A stretch of 64,000 nucleotides of DNA from contig OY729427.2 of NCBI GenBank assembly GCA_963422375.2, positions 1,568,001 to 1,632,000 of the forward strand. Direction: 5' to 3'. This DNA comes from Bryobacterales bacterium. GTDB taxonomy: Bacteria; Acidobacteriota; Terriglobia; Bryobacterales; UBA6623. Within the stretch, counting starts at the first letter, position 1, and the number at the start of each line of letters is the position of its first letter. Position numbers and translations under genes: made by a program. Below the pieces are notes generated by a model. That model was not told where the DNA came from, made no database searches, and saw only the letters and a list, made by a program, of their open reading frames with translations. Below are positions 15,496 to 25,958 of the stretch, in pieces.

Positions 15496-16428
15496 TTATC
15501 AAGGAATTACAAAAGTTCACTGAAGTTGTTATGCGAGCTGACTGGGATAGATGTCACGCCCTTATACTGCCATGTATTTTCTAACTTTGTTAACTCTTAT
15601 AGCCCATAAATGCAAAGGAATTATTGAATAGTTTCTGGTCAGAATTTCACTCGGAATAAATGCGAGAAAAGAGACAACTAGAGTGACGAATTCTCACATT
15701 TAGTTTTTTAGTTATGAGCTTCTAAAGGACGTTTTAAGTGAGAACATTCATGGAAGGAAAAGCGGGAATATAGACTCCTTATCCACAGAATAAAGCTACT
15801 CATCCATGCCGATGGACGTCACGGATACTTTGCAGGATATCGATTATAGAATCGTTGGCCTGCAGTCTGAAATCAACCTCTCAGACTTCATTTCGAAGCA
15901 TTCTAGATGACAATTGACTAAATCACTGAGGCTGGGTCATGCACTTTGACGGCATCAAGAGCGCCAAGAGAATCACTGGTGAACAAGAGCAACGATTCAT
16001 TCTTCGATTGTAAGGGTCGTCATAGCAGACGACGTGACTCTGCGCAACGGGTTAAGTGGATTCAGTGTTCCTTGCCAGCATGGCTCGCTGCCAGCATGAT
16101 TGAGACTCCTTGTGTGCATCCTCCCGAGCGGGCCGCACTGAGCGGAGCGTAAGCGCCACTTCGACATTCCAGCGAAACCGCTAGCGCCCAAGTTCCGGGG
16201 CTATTCAGGAGGCACACCTGTAAATCGTTGATTACATTGAGTTGAACTTCCGCGAAGTGGGTTTGCGGGCAATACACCTAGCCAAGATTCACCGGGCGGA
16301 ACAGGCAGTACCCTCTAGAGTCGGAAGGCACTCCTCAATTACACCCGCACCACCCCCGCAAGCACCGGTCAGCGGGTCGATACCAAGCTCGTCACGGACC
16401 CCTGCGAGACCGGCATGACGATTCCCGT

Positions 16429-18119
16429 CAACGCCCATGCGGGTGCCCCGGGTGCCCCACCCCGCGAGATGAAAGCGCCCTGTGTGCGATGCCGGGGCGG
16501 AGGCGCGGCGGCGGAGGCCGTTCATTCTTCGGCGGAGCCCTCGCGGCGACCCCGAGCAGCAACGTGGCCGGAGCCGTCCCGCGCGAACACCGCAGTGCGT
16601 CCGGCGGCTGTCGCCGTCGAGGCCGAGGAGGAAACTGACCCGGGCCCGGCGGCCCGAGGACCCTCCGGGCGTTTCCCCGCCGCGCCCGGCAGAGGCAGCG
16701 GCGAACTTCCGGCGGGGAGGCGGCGCTCGGAAGGACGGACGGCATGGACGAGACACTGGAGGCAGCGGCGGAAGAGCCGCGGAAGGCGGTGGCTCGAGCC
16801 GGCGGCAACGACGTCCGCAAGATGGTGCTGACCTGCACGGTGCTGGTCGGGGCCGGCGGGGACGAGGTCCGCGCGCGTCGCAGCCGCACGTACGGTCGCG
16901 GCCTGGGCCGGTTCGCGCGCTGGGTGGCGGGCCTGTGCCCGGAGCGCGTGGTGATGGAGAGCACGGGGGTGTACTGGAAGAGCGTCGTGCCCGCCCTGCA
17001 GGACGCCGGCGTGGAGGTCCGGGTGGTTAACGCGCGGCACGTCAAGCGCGTGCCGGGGCGCAAGACGGACCAGTCCGACAGCCGCTGGCTGGCGATCCCG
17101 GCGCGTTTCGGGCTGGCGCGGGCGAGCTTCGTGCCGCCGCGCTCTCAGGACGAGTTGCGACGCGTGACGCGCCTGCACGCGCGCTTGCGCGGCATGGCGT
17201 CGGAGCTGCGCAACTGATGCCATCGCGTGCTCAACGAGGACGGCGTGCGCATCGGGGCGTGCTGACGGACGCGTTCGGCGTCTCGAGGCGCAACCTGGGG
17301 GCGCAACCTGATGGAGGGCTTGGTGCGCGGGGAGGACCCGCGGAGCCTGCTGGAGGCGGGCGTCAAGGGCAAGGCCCGGCGGAAGGTCCCGGAGCTGCCG
17401 GAGGCGCTGCACGTCGGCCGCGGGCACGTCTCGCGCGAGACGCTGACGCTCATTCCAGGCCTACCGGACGCCGCCGAGGAGGCCGTCACGACGCTGAAAG
17501 CGCGCATTCTCGAGACGGTGCGACGCGACTGGGAGGTGCCCTGGACGCGGCCGCAGACGAACCCGGGCATCGGCGCGGCGGCGGCCGCGGCGCTGATGGC
17601 GGAGGTCGGGGCGGACATGAGCCAGTTCGGCTCGGCGCGGTGCCGGGCGAACCGGGCGGGCATGTGCCCGGGCAACCGCGAGTCGGCCGGCAAGAGCCGC
17701 GGGGGCCGCAGGCGCAAGGGCAACGCGTACGTGCGGTGCATCCTGTGCGAGATCGCCCACGCGGCGGCGCGCACCAGGGACACGCGGTTCGGCCCGCGCA
17801 AGCGCGCCCTGGCCGCGCGGCGGGGCACGGGGTGCGCGGTGGTGGCTCTGGGGCACAAGATCCTGCGCATCGCGTTCGCGATGCTGCGCGACGGCGTGCC
17901 CTACCGCGATCCGGTCGTCGACCCGGAAGCGCTGACGGCGCGCAAGAACCTGTCCCGCTGGCCGCGGATGGTGCGCTAGGCGGAGCTGCTGCGACAGCAG
18001 GCTACGCGCGAAAGGCGGCGGCTGGCCGAGTCCGCTCCGGCCCTGGAGAGGGGGTCCGGAGCGGCTGAGCGGCCGGCACTCGCCTAGGACGGGCCCGGGC
18101 ACTCGGTCACTCAGCGCAA
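16429..18119 (+). mobile_element. IS110-family insertion sequence, decayed
   Basis: Transposase plus about 310-nt 5' non-coding end; no TIRs; CAA at both proposed ends (16429-31, 18117-19). Confidence 0.7.
16744..17979 (+). pseudogene. IS110 transposase/recombinase, interrupted
   Basis: DEDD residues (NDVRK, VMESTGVYWK, KTDQSD), PGIG and GMCPGNRESAGK serine loop; TGA at 17215-17217 and a frameshift. Confidence 0.9.
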
Positions 18120-18526
18120 GCGAAGAAGAAGCCCGCACGAACGCCGCCCCGCGCCGGTCCCTGACGTCAATCCAATCATCGGGCCTTCGAGACGTCTCGC
18201 CAAGGCGGAACCGAGGGGGTGTGTCTCCAAGGCCCATAGCCTTCGGAGGAAGCGGATCAAACAACTCGCGATCGCCTACCATACTCCAGTCATCAGTGGA
18301 GCTACGCGGTCAAGCCCCACGAAACTGAAAGTTGAGACGGTCCTGCTGAGTGATTCTTGAACACTGAGTCTCGTAGTCTGACTCGGTCTCGCAACCCCTT
18401 CTTGCACGCTGCGGAGACCTGCGGTGATACTAGTCCCCGACTAGTATAATTGGGCAGGTCGACCTGCCGAGAGCGCACATGACATCAGGGGGTGCGAGGC
18501 AGGTGGCGGACCTAGGAGGAGTAGTT

Positions 18527-21500
18527 ATGTTTGGAATCTTCGCCAAGGCGCGTACCGTGGCGCTAGGAGCGTTTCTGTGCGCCCTCGCGGCCTCCCTGCC
18601 CGCTCAGGTCGAGACGGCTCGGGTCTCCGGCACGGTCAGCGACCCGACCGGGGCCGTCATCCCGGGAGTCGAAGTGATCGTCACCCACGTTCAGACGAAT
18701 CGTCGATTCGCAACCCAGACCAGCGAACTGGGGAGGTACGAGGCCCCCAACCTGCCCCTCGGCGATTACCGCATCGACGTGGAAGCGGACGGATTCAAGC
18801 GCGCGGTCCTGACTGGTATCAACCTCGAGGTTCGCGAAGCGGCCACGGTGAACATCGTCTTGGAGGTCGGGCAGGTGTCGGAGACCGTCTCGGTCGAGGC
18901 AGACGCGCCTCTGCTGACAACGGTCGAGGCCGCACAGGGGGAGGTGATCAGCAACAAGCAGATCGTGGACTTTCCGCTCAACGGCCGTAGCTACATCAAG
19001 CTCGCCCTGTTGTCTACGGGCGCGATGATGACCGACACGGGCCGCCGGGACTCGTTCAGCTCGTCCGGCATGCGGCCTAGCCAGAACAACGTGATGCTCG
19101 ACGGCATCGACAACAACAACCTGCAGAGCGCCACGCACGCGCGACGGTCGGATGCAACGGCGATCTCGATCGACGCCGTGCAGGAATTCAAGGTCGAGAC
19201 CAACACGTTCTCGGCGGAATACGGCAAGTCGGCGGGGGGCGTGGTCAACGTGGTCATGAAGTCGGGCACGAACGAAATTCACGGAACGCTGTTCGGATTC
19301 CTGCGCAACGAGGTGTTCGACGCCAAGAACTTCTTCGACGCCCCGGACTCGCCCCGCCCGCCTTACAAGCGCAGCCAGTTCGGTTTCTCCGCCGGCGGCC
19401 CGATCCGGCGCAACCGCACATTCATCTTCGGCGACTACGAGGGCACGCGGGTTCGGGAGTCTCGAACCGTGAACAACACCATCCCGACGCGCCTGATGCG
19501 GCAAGGGGATTTCAGCGAGATCGCCGACACCATCTTCGATCCCGAGAGCCTGCGACGGACCGACGGCGGATTCGTCCGCGATCCTTACCCGAACCAGCTC
19601 ATCCCGTCCTCGAGCATGGATCCAGTGTCGGCCCAGGCGAAGGACTGGTACCCGGATCCGAAGAAGGATGGCTTGACGCAAAACTACCTGTACAACCCTC
19701 CCCGCCAGGAGAACCGTAACCGCGGAGACGTGCGCGTGGACCACAACTTCTCGGGCACGGACAACATGTTCGTCCGCTACAGCCGCGACACGCGACACAT
19801 CCCTGCCTCTCCGAACCTGCCGGTCCCCGCGATAGGCGGCGCCGGGAACACCGGCGGCAGCTTCACGCATGGCGGCCAGAACATGGGCATGGCTTGGAAC
19901 CACATCTTCACGCCCACGACCCTCACCTCCACCCGAATCGGCTGGAACAACACCGACACGAAGCTGGCCCCGCTGGTGGACTACAACGCCAATGCCCAGC
20001 TCGGCATCGTCGGCGTCGACCAGAGCCAGCCGGGCGCGCCGCTGTTCAACATCTCGGGCGTCACGAATCTCGGAATCGGGTCGAACGTCCCGAACGACGC
20101 CAACGCCCAGACCCGTCAGCTCAAGAACGACACGACGTTCATTCGCGGCCGCCACACGTTCAAGGTGGGCGCGGACATGATGTGGCTCCAGAACTACCTG
20201 AAGAACCCGAAGGAGCGGCTAGGCCTGTTCTTCTTCAATGGAAACTACACGCGCAACCCGGCGGACAACAAGGGCGGCGATCCGTTCGCGCACTTTCTTA
20301 CCGGCATCCCTCACCAGACCCGCGTGGCTCGCGGCGTCTACATGGCGCTACGCGGCCAGTTCCATCAGTTCTACTTCCAAGACGAATGGAAGGCCACCGA
20401 AAAGCTGACGGTGAATGTCGGCGTCCGATACCAAGTCTTCCTGCCGTGGGTCGAGAAGTCGCGCGACGGGTGGGTCAACTTCGATATCGAGGCTAACCCG
20501 GAGAATCCGCCGCTCGTCATGGCAGTGCCCGGCGGCAGCCGCTTGCAGCGCTCGCACGTCCAGACGGACGGCGACAATTTCGGCCCTCGGTTCGGGATCG
20601 CCTACCAGGTCCGCCCGACAACGGTCATCCGCGCCGGGTACGGGGTTTTCCACGGCACGTGGGATCCGCCGGGGGGCGGCAAGCTGATGCAGAGCAACCC
20701 GCCGTTCGAGGTGAGGAACTGGAGCAGCACGGATAACATCCACCCCGACATCCGCCTGAGCACTGGAATCTCGAACTCGCCGGTCGGCGAGAACTTCGAC
20801 CCACGCGCCGCCTCGAACATGTCGGTAACGAATTACCAGCGCGACCGGTCGTGGCCCTACTCACAGCAGTGGAACTTCAACATCCAGCAGTCGTTCGGCG
20901 GCGACTGGATGATGGAGGCCGGCTACTTCGCCTCAAAGACGACGCACGCCATCCGCAAGTACGATATGAACTTCTCGCCTCCCGGACCGGGCAACCGCAA
21001 CCGCAAGCGCCGCTGGAAGTCCATCGTGTGGCCGGGCTCGGACATCGTCATCTCGCCGCTGGCTCAAGTCTTCCGCCACCAGTTCGACGGCGATGCGAAT
21101 TTCCACTCGGGGCAGCTCAAGGTCAAGAAGCGGCTGTCGGGCGGGCTGAACATCCTGACCTCGTACGCATTCTCCAAGAACATCGACGATTTCTGCGCGG
21201 AGGGTGGCGGAGGCACCACGGGCGGCTGCGGCGAGCCACAGGACACCAACAACTTCCGCCTCAACAAGTCGCTCAGCAGCCTGCACATCCGGCATCAGTT
21301 CGTCGGCAGCGTGATCTACGACCTGCCGTTCGGCCGCGGCCGACGCTGGGGATCGGGCTGGAACGCCCTGCAAGACCGCATCCTAGGCGGCTGGACGCTG
21401 GCGAGCATCACCACGCTGCGTAGCGGCCAGCCCTTCAGCGCGACGGTGCTCGGAAATCCCGCCAACACCAACACCACCAACCGGCCCAACGTGGTGGGCG

Positions 21501-21823
21501 ATCCGAACCTGCCGGCCGGGGAGCGGACGCTGAGCCGCTGGTTCGACACGGACATGCTGGTGCCGAACGAGAGGTACGAGTTCGGCAACGCGGCCCGCAA
21601 CATCCTCTTCTCGCCGGACCCGAGGAACTGGGATTTCGCGGTCTACAAGCGCTTCCAGTTCAGCGAGTCCAAGGCAGTGCAGATTCGGTTCGAAGCTTTC
21701 AACTTCACCAACACGCCGCGCTTCGGCAACCCCAACTCCGAAGTCGGCAACCGGAATTTCGGACGCATCACGGGCGCGGGAGGACCGCGCAACATCCAGC
21801 TGGGGCTGAAGTTCATCTTCTGA
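18527..21823 (+). CDS. Oar-type TonB-dependent receptor with carboxypeptidase-regulatory-like N domain
   Basis: AGGAGGA RBS; signal peptide; GTVSDPTGAVIPG; PLNGRS; DAVQEFKVETN..SAEYG; C-terminal PRNIQLGLKFIF. Confidence 0.93.
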   Translation: MFGIFAKARTVALGAFLCALAASLPAQVETARVSGTVSDPTGAVIPGVEVIVTHVQTNRRFATQTSELGRYEAPNLPLGDYRIDVEADGFKRAVLTGINLEVREAATVNIVLEVGQVSETVSVEADAPLLTTVEAAQGEVISNKQIVDFPLNGRSYIKLALLSTGAMMTDTGRRDSFSSSGMRPSQNNVMLDGIDNNNLQSATHARRSDATAISIDAVQEFKVETNTFSAEYGKSAGGVVNVVMKSGTNEIHGTLFGFLRNEVFDAKNFFDAPDSPRPPYKRSQFGFSAGGPIRRNRTFIFGDYEGTRVRESRTVNNTIPTRLMRQGDFSEIADTIFDPESLRRTDGGFVRDPYPNQLIPSSSMDPVSAQAKDWYPDPKKDGLTQNYLYNPPRQENRNRGDVRVDHNFSGTDNMFVRYSRDTRHIPASPNLPVPAIGGAGNTGGSFTHGGQNMGMAWNHIFTPTTLTSTRIGWNNTDTKLAPLVDYNANAQLGIVGVDQSQPGAPLFNISGVTNLGIGSNVPNDANAQTRQLKNDTTFIRGRHTFKVGADMMWLQNYLKNPKERLGLFFFNGNYTRNPADNKGGDPFAHFLTGIPHQTRVARGVYMALRGQFHQFYFQDEWKATEKLTVNVGVRYQVFLPWVEKSRDGWVNFDIEANPENPPLVMAVPGGSRLQRSHVQTDGDNFGPRFGIAYQVRPTTVIRAGYGVFHGTWDPPGGGKLMQSNPPFEVRNWSSTDNIHPDIRLSTGISNSPVGENFDPRAASNMSVTNYQRDRSWPYSQQWNFNIQQSFGGDWMMEAGYFASKTTHAIRKYDMNFSPPGPGNRNRKRRWKSIVWPGSDIVISPLAQVFRHQFDGDANFHSGQLKVKKRLSGGLNILTSYAFSKNIDDFCAEGGGGTTGGCGEPQDTNNFRLNKSLSSLHIRHQFVGSVIYDLPFGRGRRWGSGWNALQDRILGGWTLASITTLRSGQPFSATVLGNPANTNTTNRPNVVGDPNLPAGERTLSRWFDTDMLVPNERYEFGNAARNILFSPDPRNWDFAVYKRFQFSESKAVQIRFEAFNFTNTPRFGNPNSEVGNRNFGRITGAGGPRNIQLGLKFIF

Positions 21824-21959
21824 CCGCCGACACAGCGCGCCCCGCGGCTGGCAGGTGACGGTCGCGGGAGACTTGCACGCCCGTCGGCCAAGACTCGCGG
21901 TGCCGGCCCTGCCTCCTCGCGCCGTTCGGGCGCGGGCGGCAGGGCCGGAGGCCAGCCCA

Positions 21960-22270
21960 GGGAAAGGCCGAGCCGACAGCTCCCGATCAGAGTCAAGCAG
22001 CTTGTCGGCCACCTAGAGCAGTACAGCCCCGCCGCAGCGGCTAGCGTGGCCGTGGTCAAACTGAATATCAACGGATTGGTAGTGAGAAGATTCCTGACGA
22101 CGGAGCCTTGGGGACTTGCCGGTACGAGAAATACGTGTTGGATCCTGCCAGTTTGAGCGTAGCGTGGCAAAGTGCGCCAAGGGGGTATTGCCGGGGACGC
22201 GGAGTGGGCAACTACAGGGGCGCGTGGCTCCTATCGCCGCTACCACTCGGCGGCAAGGGATCAGGATCAG
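21960..22270 (+). mobile_element. Possible group II intron relic (RT N-terminus)
   Basis: KYVLDPASLSVAWQ and GSYR(P)LP-like fragments resemble the intron RT0 region; follows hairpins downstream of the receptor stop. Confidence 0.4.
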
Positions 22271-22476
22271 CCGGAAAATCTCGAGTGTTCTCGAGATTGG
22301 TCCGGGTTTGCGAGGTGTGCCCCGTGAAAGTGGGAGTCCAATGGGCCGAAGCGCGAGCCCAGTGCGAGCCCCCCCTGATTCTACAAGCGTCCGTCGCAGC
22401 CTTCACAGCGACTGTACTATAATCAGATCGCTTGGAGACGCTCCCGCCGAAGTGACGCAGGCAAATGGGTACGCGA

Positions 22477-23190
22477 ATGATGGATGAGCCGATGAGGCGC
22501 GAGGTTCGCATGGAGCTACTTTCCCTAGTCTAGTGCTTGTGACAAAACCCCTGAATTCTGGCCCGATCAGTATTTCATACTACATCCTGAGGTCGAATGG
22601 AGCCGCAAACACAACATATAGCGCCCAAGGTCGGAAGTTGCTCGGCCGCCAATCGCAAAGATTTCCGCCCTCTACCCAGAATCGCCAGGATTTCGGACTA
22701 GTCGTAGCATTCCAGCGAAATCTTCGCCTTGCGAGATTGGACCCAACGCCTTTGCTGTCAAGGGGATACGAGCTTTATCACGGGCACTAGTCTATGCTCG
22801 CGCCGTAGCCACCGGTGCCGGGTACATCACGTCCCATCGTGAACTAGATAAAGACTCCATTGATCTCACGATCCACTCAAGAGGCCTAATATGTCCTGCA
22901 ATTGAGCTGCAGTTGAAGGCGACAACGCGCTTGGAAGATCCAAACCGTGGAGACTTTCAGTTCGATTTGAAGACCAAGAATTACCAAGACCTCCGTGTAC
23001 GGACGCAAACGCCTCGGTTTCTCATGGTCCTTGACTTTCCAAGTGATGAGTCTCAGTGGATTCGGCTCACAGAATCGAGTCTAATCCTCAAAATGCGTGC
23101 ATAATGGGTAAGCCTGAAAGGTGCCGATGATAGAGACAATATCGCAACGGTTACCGTTCGAATCACACAAGAGAACCGATTCAACATTGA
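22477..23190 (+). pseudogene. DUF4365 (PD-(D/E)XK-like) gene interrupted by a MITE and a nonsense codon
   Basis: Excising the MITE gives MELLSLVYARAVATGAGY..DKDSIDLTI..IELQLKAT..NYQDLR..TPRFLMVLDFP; TAA at 23102 in the A(Y)WVSLKG motif. Confidence 0.8.
22533..22787 (+). mobile_element. 255-bp MITE, copy 1
   Basis: Imperfect TIRs GTGCTTGTGACAAA/TTTATCACGGGCAC; flanking direct repeat TAGTCTA (22526-32, 22788-94). Confidence 0.9.
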
Positions 23191-24422
23191 GCGACACTCT
23201 CGGTGACTACGTAAGTGTTGTATCCCACCTAATTCAGATGCTATCTGATGTTCAAGAAAGAGATCAGCTATCCATTTTCAGAGATCTCTCCATTGCAAAT
23301 GACGACTTGATTCGAGTTCGAGCAACGGCTGTCTCCGATGGAATAATGACGGTAGATAGCGGCGTTGATTTGATCCACGGGTCTCGTGATATGCTCGTTG
23401 CCGCAGCCCACTCATTGGGTGAAGTGCGACCACTTTATCATGGTGTACCAACTAAGCAGATCGCTGATACCCTAAAGCGTTTCCGGCCAGGTCAGACCGA
23501 ACACCGAGGCTACGTAGTTAGTGCCCGTGATAAAAATCGTATCCCTTTGAAAACAAAGGAGTTAAGTCCAATCTCTCAAGGCGAAGATTTCGCTGGAATG
23601 CTACGACTAATCCGAAATCCTGGCGATTCTGGGTAGAGCGCGGAAATCCTCGCGATTGGCGTCTGAGCAACTTCCGACCTTGGGCCCTATATATTGTGTT
23701 TGGAGATCCATCCGACCTCAGGATGTAGTATGAAATGCTGATCGGGCCAGAATTCAGGGGTTTTGTCACAAGCACTAGTTACACTTCTAGCATCTATTGT
23801 GCCGCGGGTGTTCCATCAGGAGGTTTTCCCTAGTCTAGAAGATCGCTGCATACCGATTGAAAGGCAACTTACTGTGCGCCTTGCGGAGGCACTTGCGACT
23901 ACCAAGGAAGCAACCGAGAAGGCTGTAGCAGGTATTCGCAATCCGCTTGACAAGGCGGTCCCAGAGGCGCTGAGCGCCAACTTTCTTGAGGCTCTCATCA
24001 AGATTATTACACCATTTAGAGCAATCGATATCGGCGTAACTTGGGCCCTAACACGCCCAATCCCATCTCCTCTTCCTAGGGTAAGATTTTCTCCATCTGA
24101 TGTGCTTCTATTGCGTGAAGCTGCTCAGGAATTCCGTAGACGAGAACCCTTGCATGATTTTGAAGTCGTCGGAATAGTTGAGAAGATGGAGCGACAGAAA
24201 TCGGAAGTTGATGGTGTAATCTCTCTGCGGGCATCGCACGAAAGAAAAAATCGGTCGATCAGGGCAATGTTGAATCAGTCCGACTACGAAACTGCCATTC
24301 AAGCCCACAAGCTCAAGACACCTCTGGTCCTGAAGGGCGACCTTGACAAATCCCCTCAGCAATGGCGATTGCTGAATGCAAGAATTGTCGACATCATCCG
24401 TGCGACCGACCGGACGTCCTAG
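23190..24422 (+). pseudogene. Conserved hypothetical partner of DUF4365, 5'-truncated and MITE-interrupted
   Basis: Excising MITE copy 2 restores GQTEHRGYVVTLLASIVP in frame; continues LSANFLEAL..TWALTRP..DYETAIQAH..GDL..WRL. Confidence 0.7.
23521..23775 (-). mobile_element. 255-bp MITE, copy 2, inverted and diverged
   Basis: Reverse complement of copy 1; flanking direct repeat TAGTTA (23515-20, 23776-81). Confidence 0.9.
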
Positions 24423-24527
24423 ACGAATCCCCATTACGGGGCGACTGGCTTGCGACATCCCATTCAGGGCCCCACCTGACAGAGGACTGGCGCGGGCTAG
24501 ACCGCCGAACCAGCCTCGCGAGAGACG

Positions 24528-25946
24528 CTAGGCGAGGATGTCGTCGACCACCCTTCCGTGGACATCGGTGAGACGGAAGTCGCGTCCTTGGAAGCGGTAG
24601 GTCAGCTTGGTGTGTTCGATCCCCAGCAGGTGCAGCAGCGTCGCGTGCAGGTCATGCACGTGGACCACGTCCTCTGCTGCGTTGTATCCCAATTCGTCCG
24701 TCGCGCCGTAGTTGTGCCCGCCCTTGATGCCGCCTCCGGCCATCCACATCGAAAAGCCCTTGATGTGGTGGTCGCGGCCCAGCAAGGCCGGATCCGCTCC
24801 TTGGGACATGGGCGTGCGCCCGAATTCCCCGCACCACACGATCAAGGTGTCGTCCAGCATGCCGCGCTGCTTGAGATCCTTGACGAGAGCGGCCGTGCCC
24901 TGATCGACGTAGCCGCAGCTCTTCACCAAGCCGGTGCGGATCTCGTTGTGGTGGTCCCAGCCACGGTGATAGAGGTGGATGAAGCGCACGCCGCGCTCGG
25001 CCATGCGGCGAGCCAGCAGGCAGTTGGCGTTGAAGGTCCCATCCCCGCCCCGGGTGCCGTACATTTCCAGCACGTGCGCGGGCTCGTCCGAGAAATCCAC
25101 CAGCTCGGGCACGCTCATCTGCATGCGAAAGGCCAGCTCGTACTGCGCGATGCGCGTGGCGATCTCCGGGTCGCGCGTCCAGCTCTGCTGAACGCCGTTG
25201 AGTTCGCTCACGGCGTCGATCAGCTCGCCCTGCATGGCGCGACTGACGCCGTTCGGGCTGCGCACGTAATTCACCGGATCCCCGGTCGAATGGAACTTCA
25301 CGCCCTGGTACACGCTCGGCAGGAACCCGCTGTTCCACTGCCGGGCAGCGATCGGCTGGCTCTGGGAGCCGCCCTCGGACGTCAGCACGACGAATCCCGG
25401 CAGGTCCTCGGACTGGCTTCCCAGTCCGTACAGCACCCACGAGCCCATGCTGGGCCGGCCGGGCAGGCGGAACCCCGTGTTCATGAACGTGTGAGCGGTG
25501 TCATGGTTGATCTGCTCGGTCTGCATCGAGCGCACGATGCAAATGTCGTCGGCGATCTCCCCGATGCGCGGCAGCAGTGAAGTCATGTGCTGCCCGCTAT
25601 TGCCGTAGCGCTTGAACGGATGTTGCGGGCCGAGAATCTTCAGCTCCTTGCCCTGCAGCTGGGCGATCTGCTGGCCCTTGGTGAAGGACTCCGGCATCGG
25701 CTCGCCGTCGCGCTTGGCCAGCTCGGGCTTGTAGTCCAGCAGCTCGAGGTGGGCCGGCCCGCCCGCCATGCACAGGAAGATGACGCGCTTGACCTTGGCC
25801 GGCCTGTCCGGGAATCCCCTCGTGCCCGGCTGGAGGGCCAGCAGGCCGGGCTTGAGCAGCGACGCGAGCGCCAGCGACCCGAGTCCCATCGAAGCGCGCC
25901 CCAAGAACGCGCGCCGCGTCTCGACCAACCCCAGACCCGTATGCAT
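24528..25946 (-). CDS. DUF1501-family protein with Tat signal
   Basis: TRRAFL; VIFLCMAGGPAHLELLDYKP; RPSMGSW; GWDHH; GEFGRTP; GRDHH; FRLTDVHG. Confidence 0.92.
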   Translation of the reverse strand: MHTGLGLVETRRAFLGRASMGLGSLALASLLKPGLLALQPGTRGFPDRPAKVKRVIFLCMAGGPAHLELLDYKPELAKRDGEPMPESFTKGQQIAQLQGKELKILGPQHPFKRYGNSGQHMTSLLPRIGEIADDICIVRSMQTEQINHDTAHTFMNTGFRLPGRPSMGSWVLYGLGSQSEDLPGFVVLTSEGGSQSQPIAARQWNSGFLPSVYQGVKFHSTGDPVNYVRSPNGVSRAMQGELIDAVSELNGVQQSWTRDPEIATRIAQYELAFRMQMSVPELVDFSDEPAHVLEMYGTRGGDGTFNANCLLARRMAERGVRFIHLYHRGWDHHNEIRTGLVKSCGYVDQGTAALVKDLKQRGMLDDTLIVWCGEFGRTPMSQGADPALLGRDHHIKGFSMWMAGGGIKGGHNYGATDELGYNAAEDVVHVHDLHATLLHLLGIEHTKLTYRFQGRDFRLTDVHGRVVDDILA

Positions 25947-25958
25947 GATGGCCCCTCC

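Noticed and set aside
18331..18395. GAGAC/GTCTC imperfect inverted repeats upstream of the TonB receptor
   Set aside because: Could be an operator, but too degenerate to support.
22533..22790. 85-aa ORFs at 22533 and 23518 as a duplicated protein gene
   Set aside because: They coincide exactly with MITE ends, start in the TIR and stop in the flank; treated as non-coding pending dN/dS.
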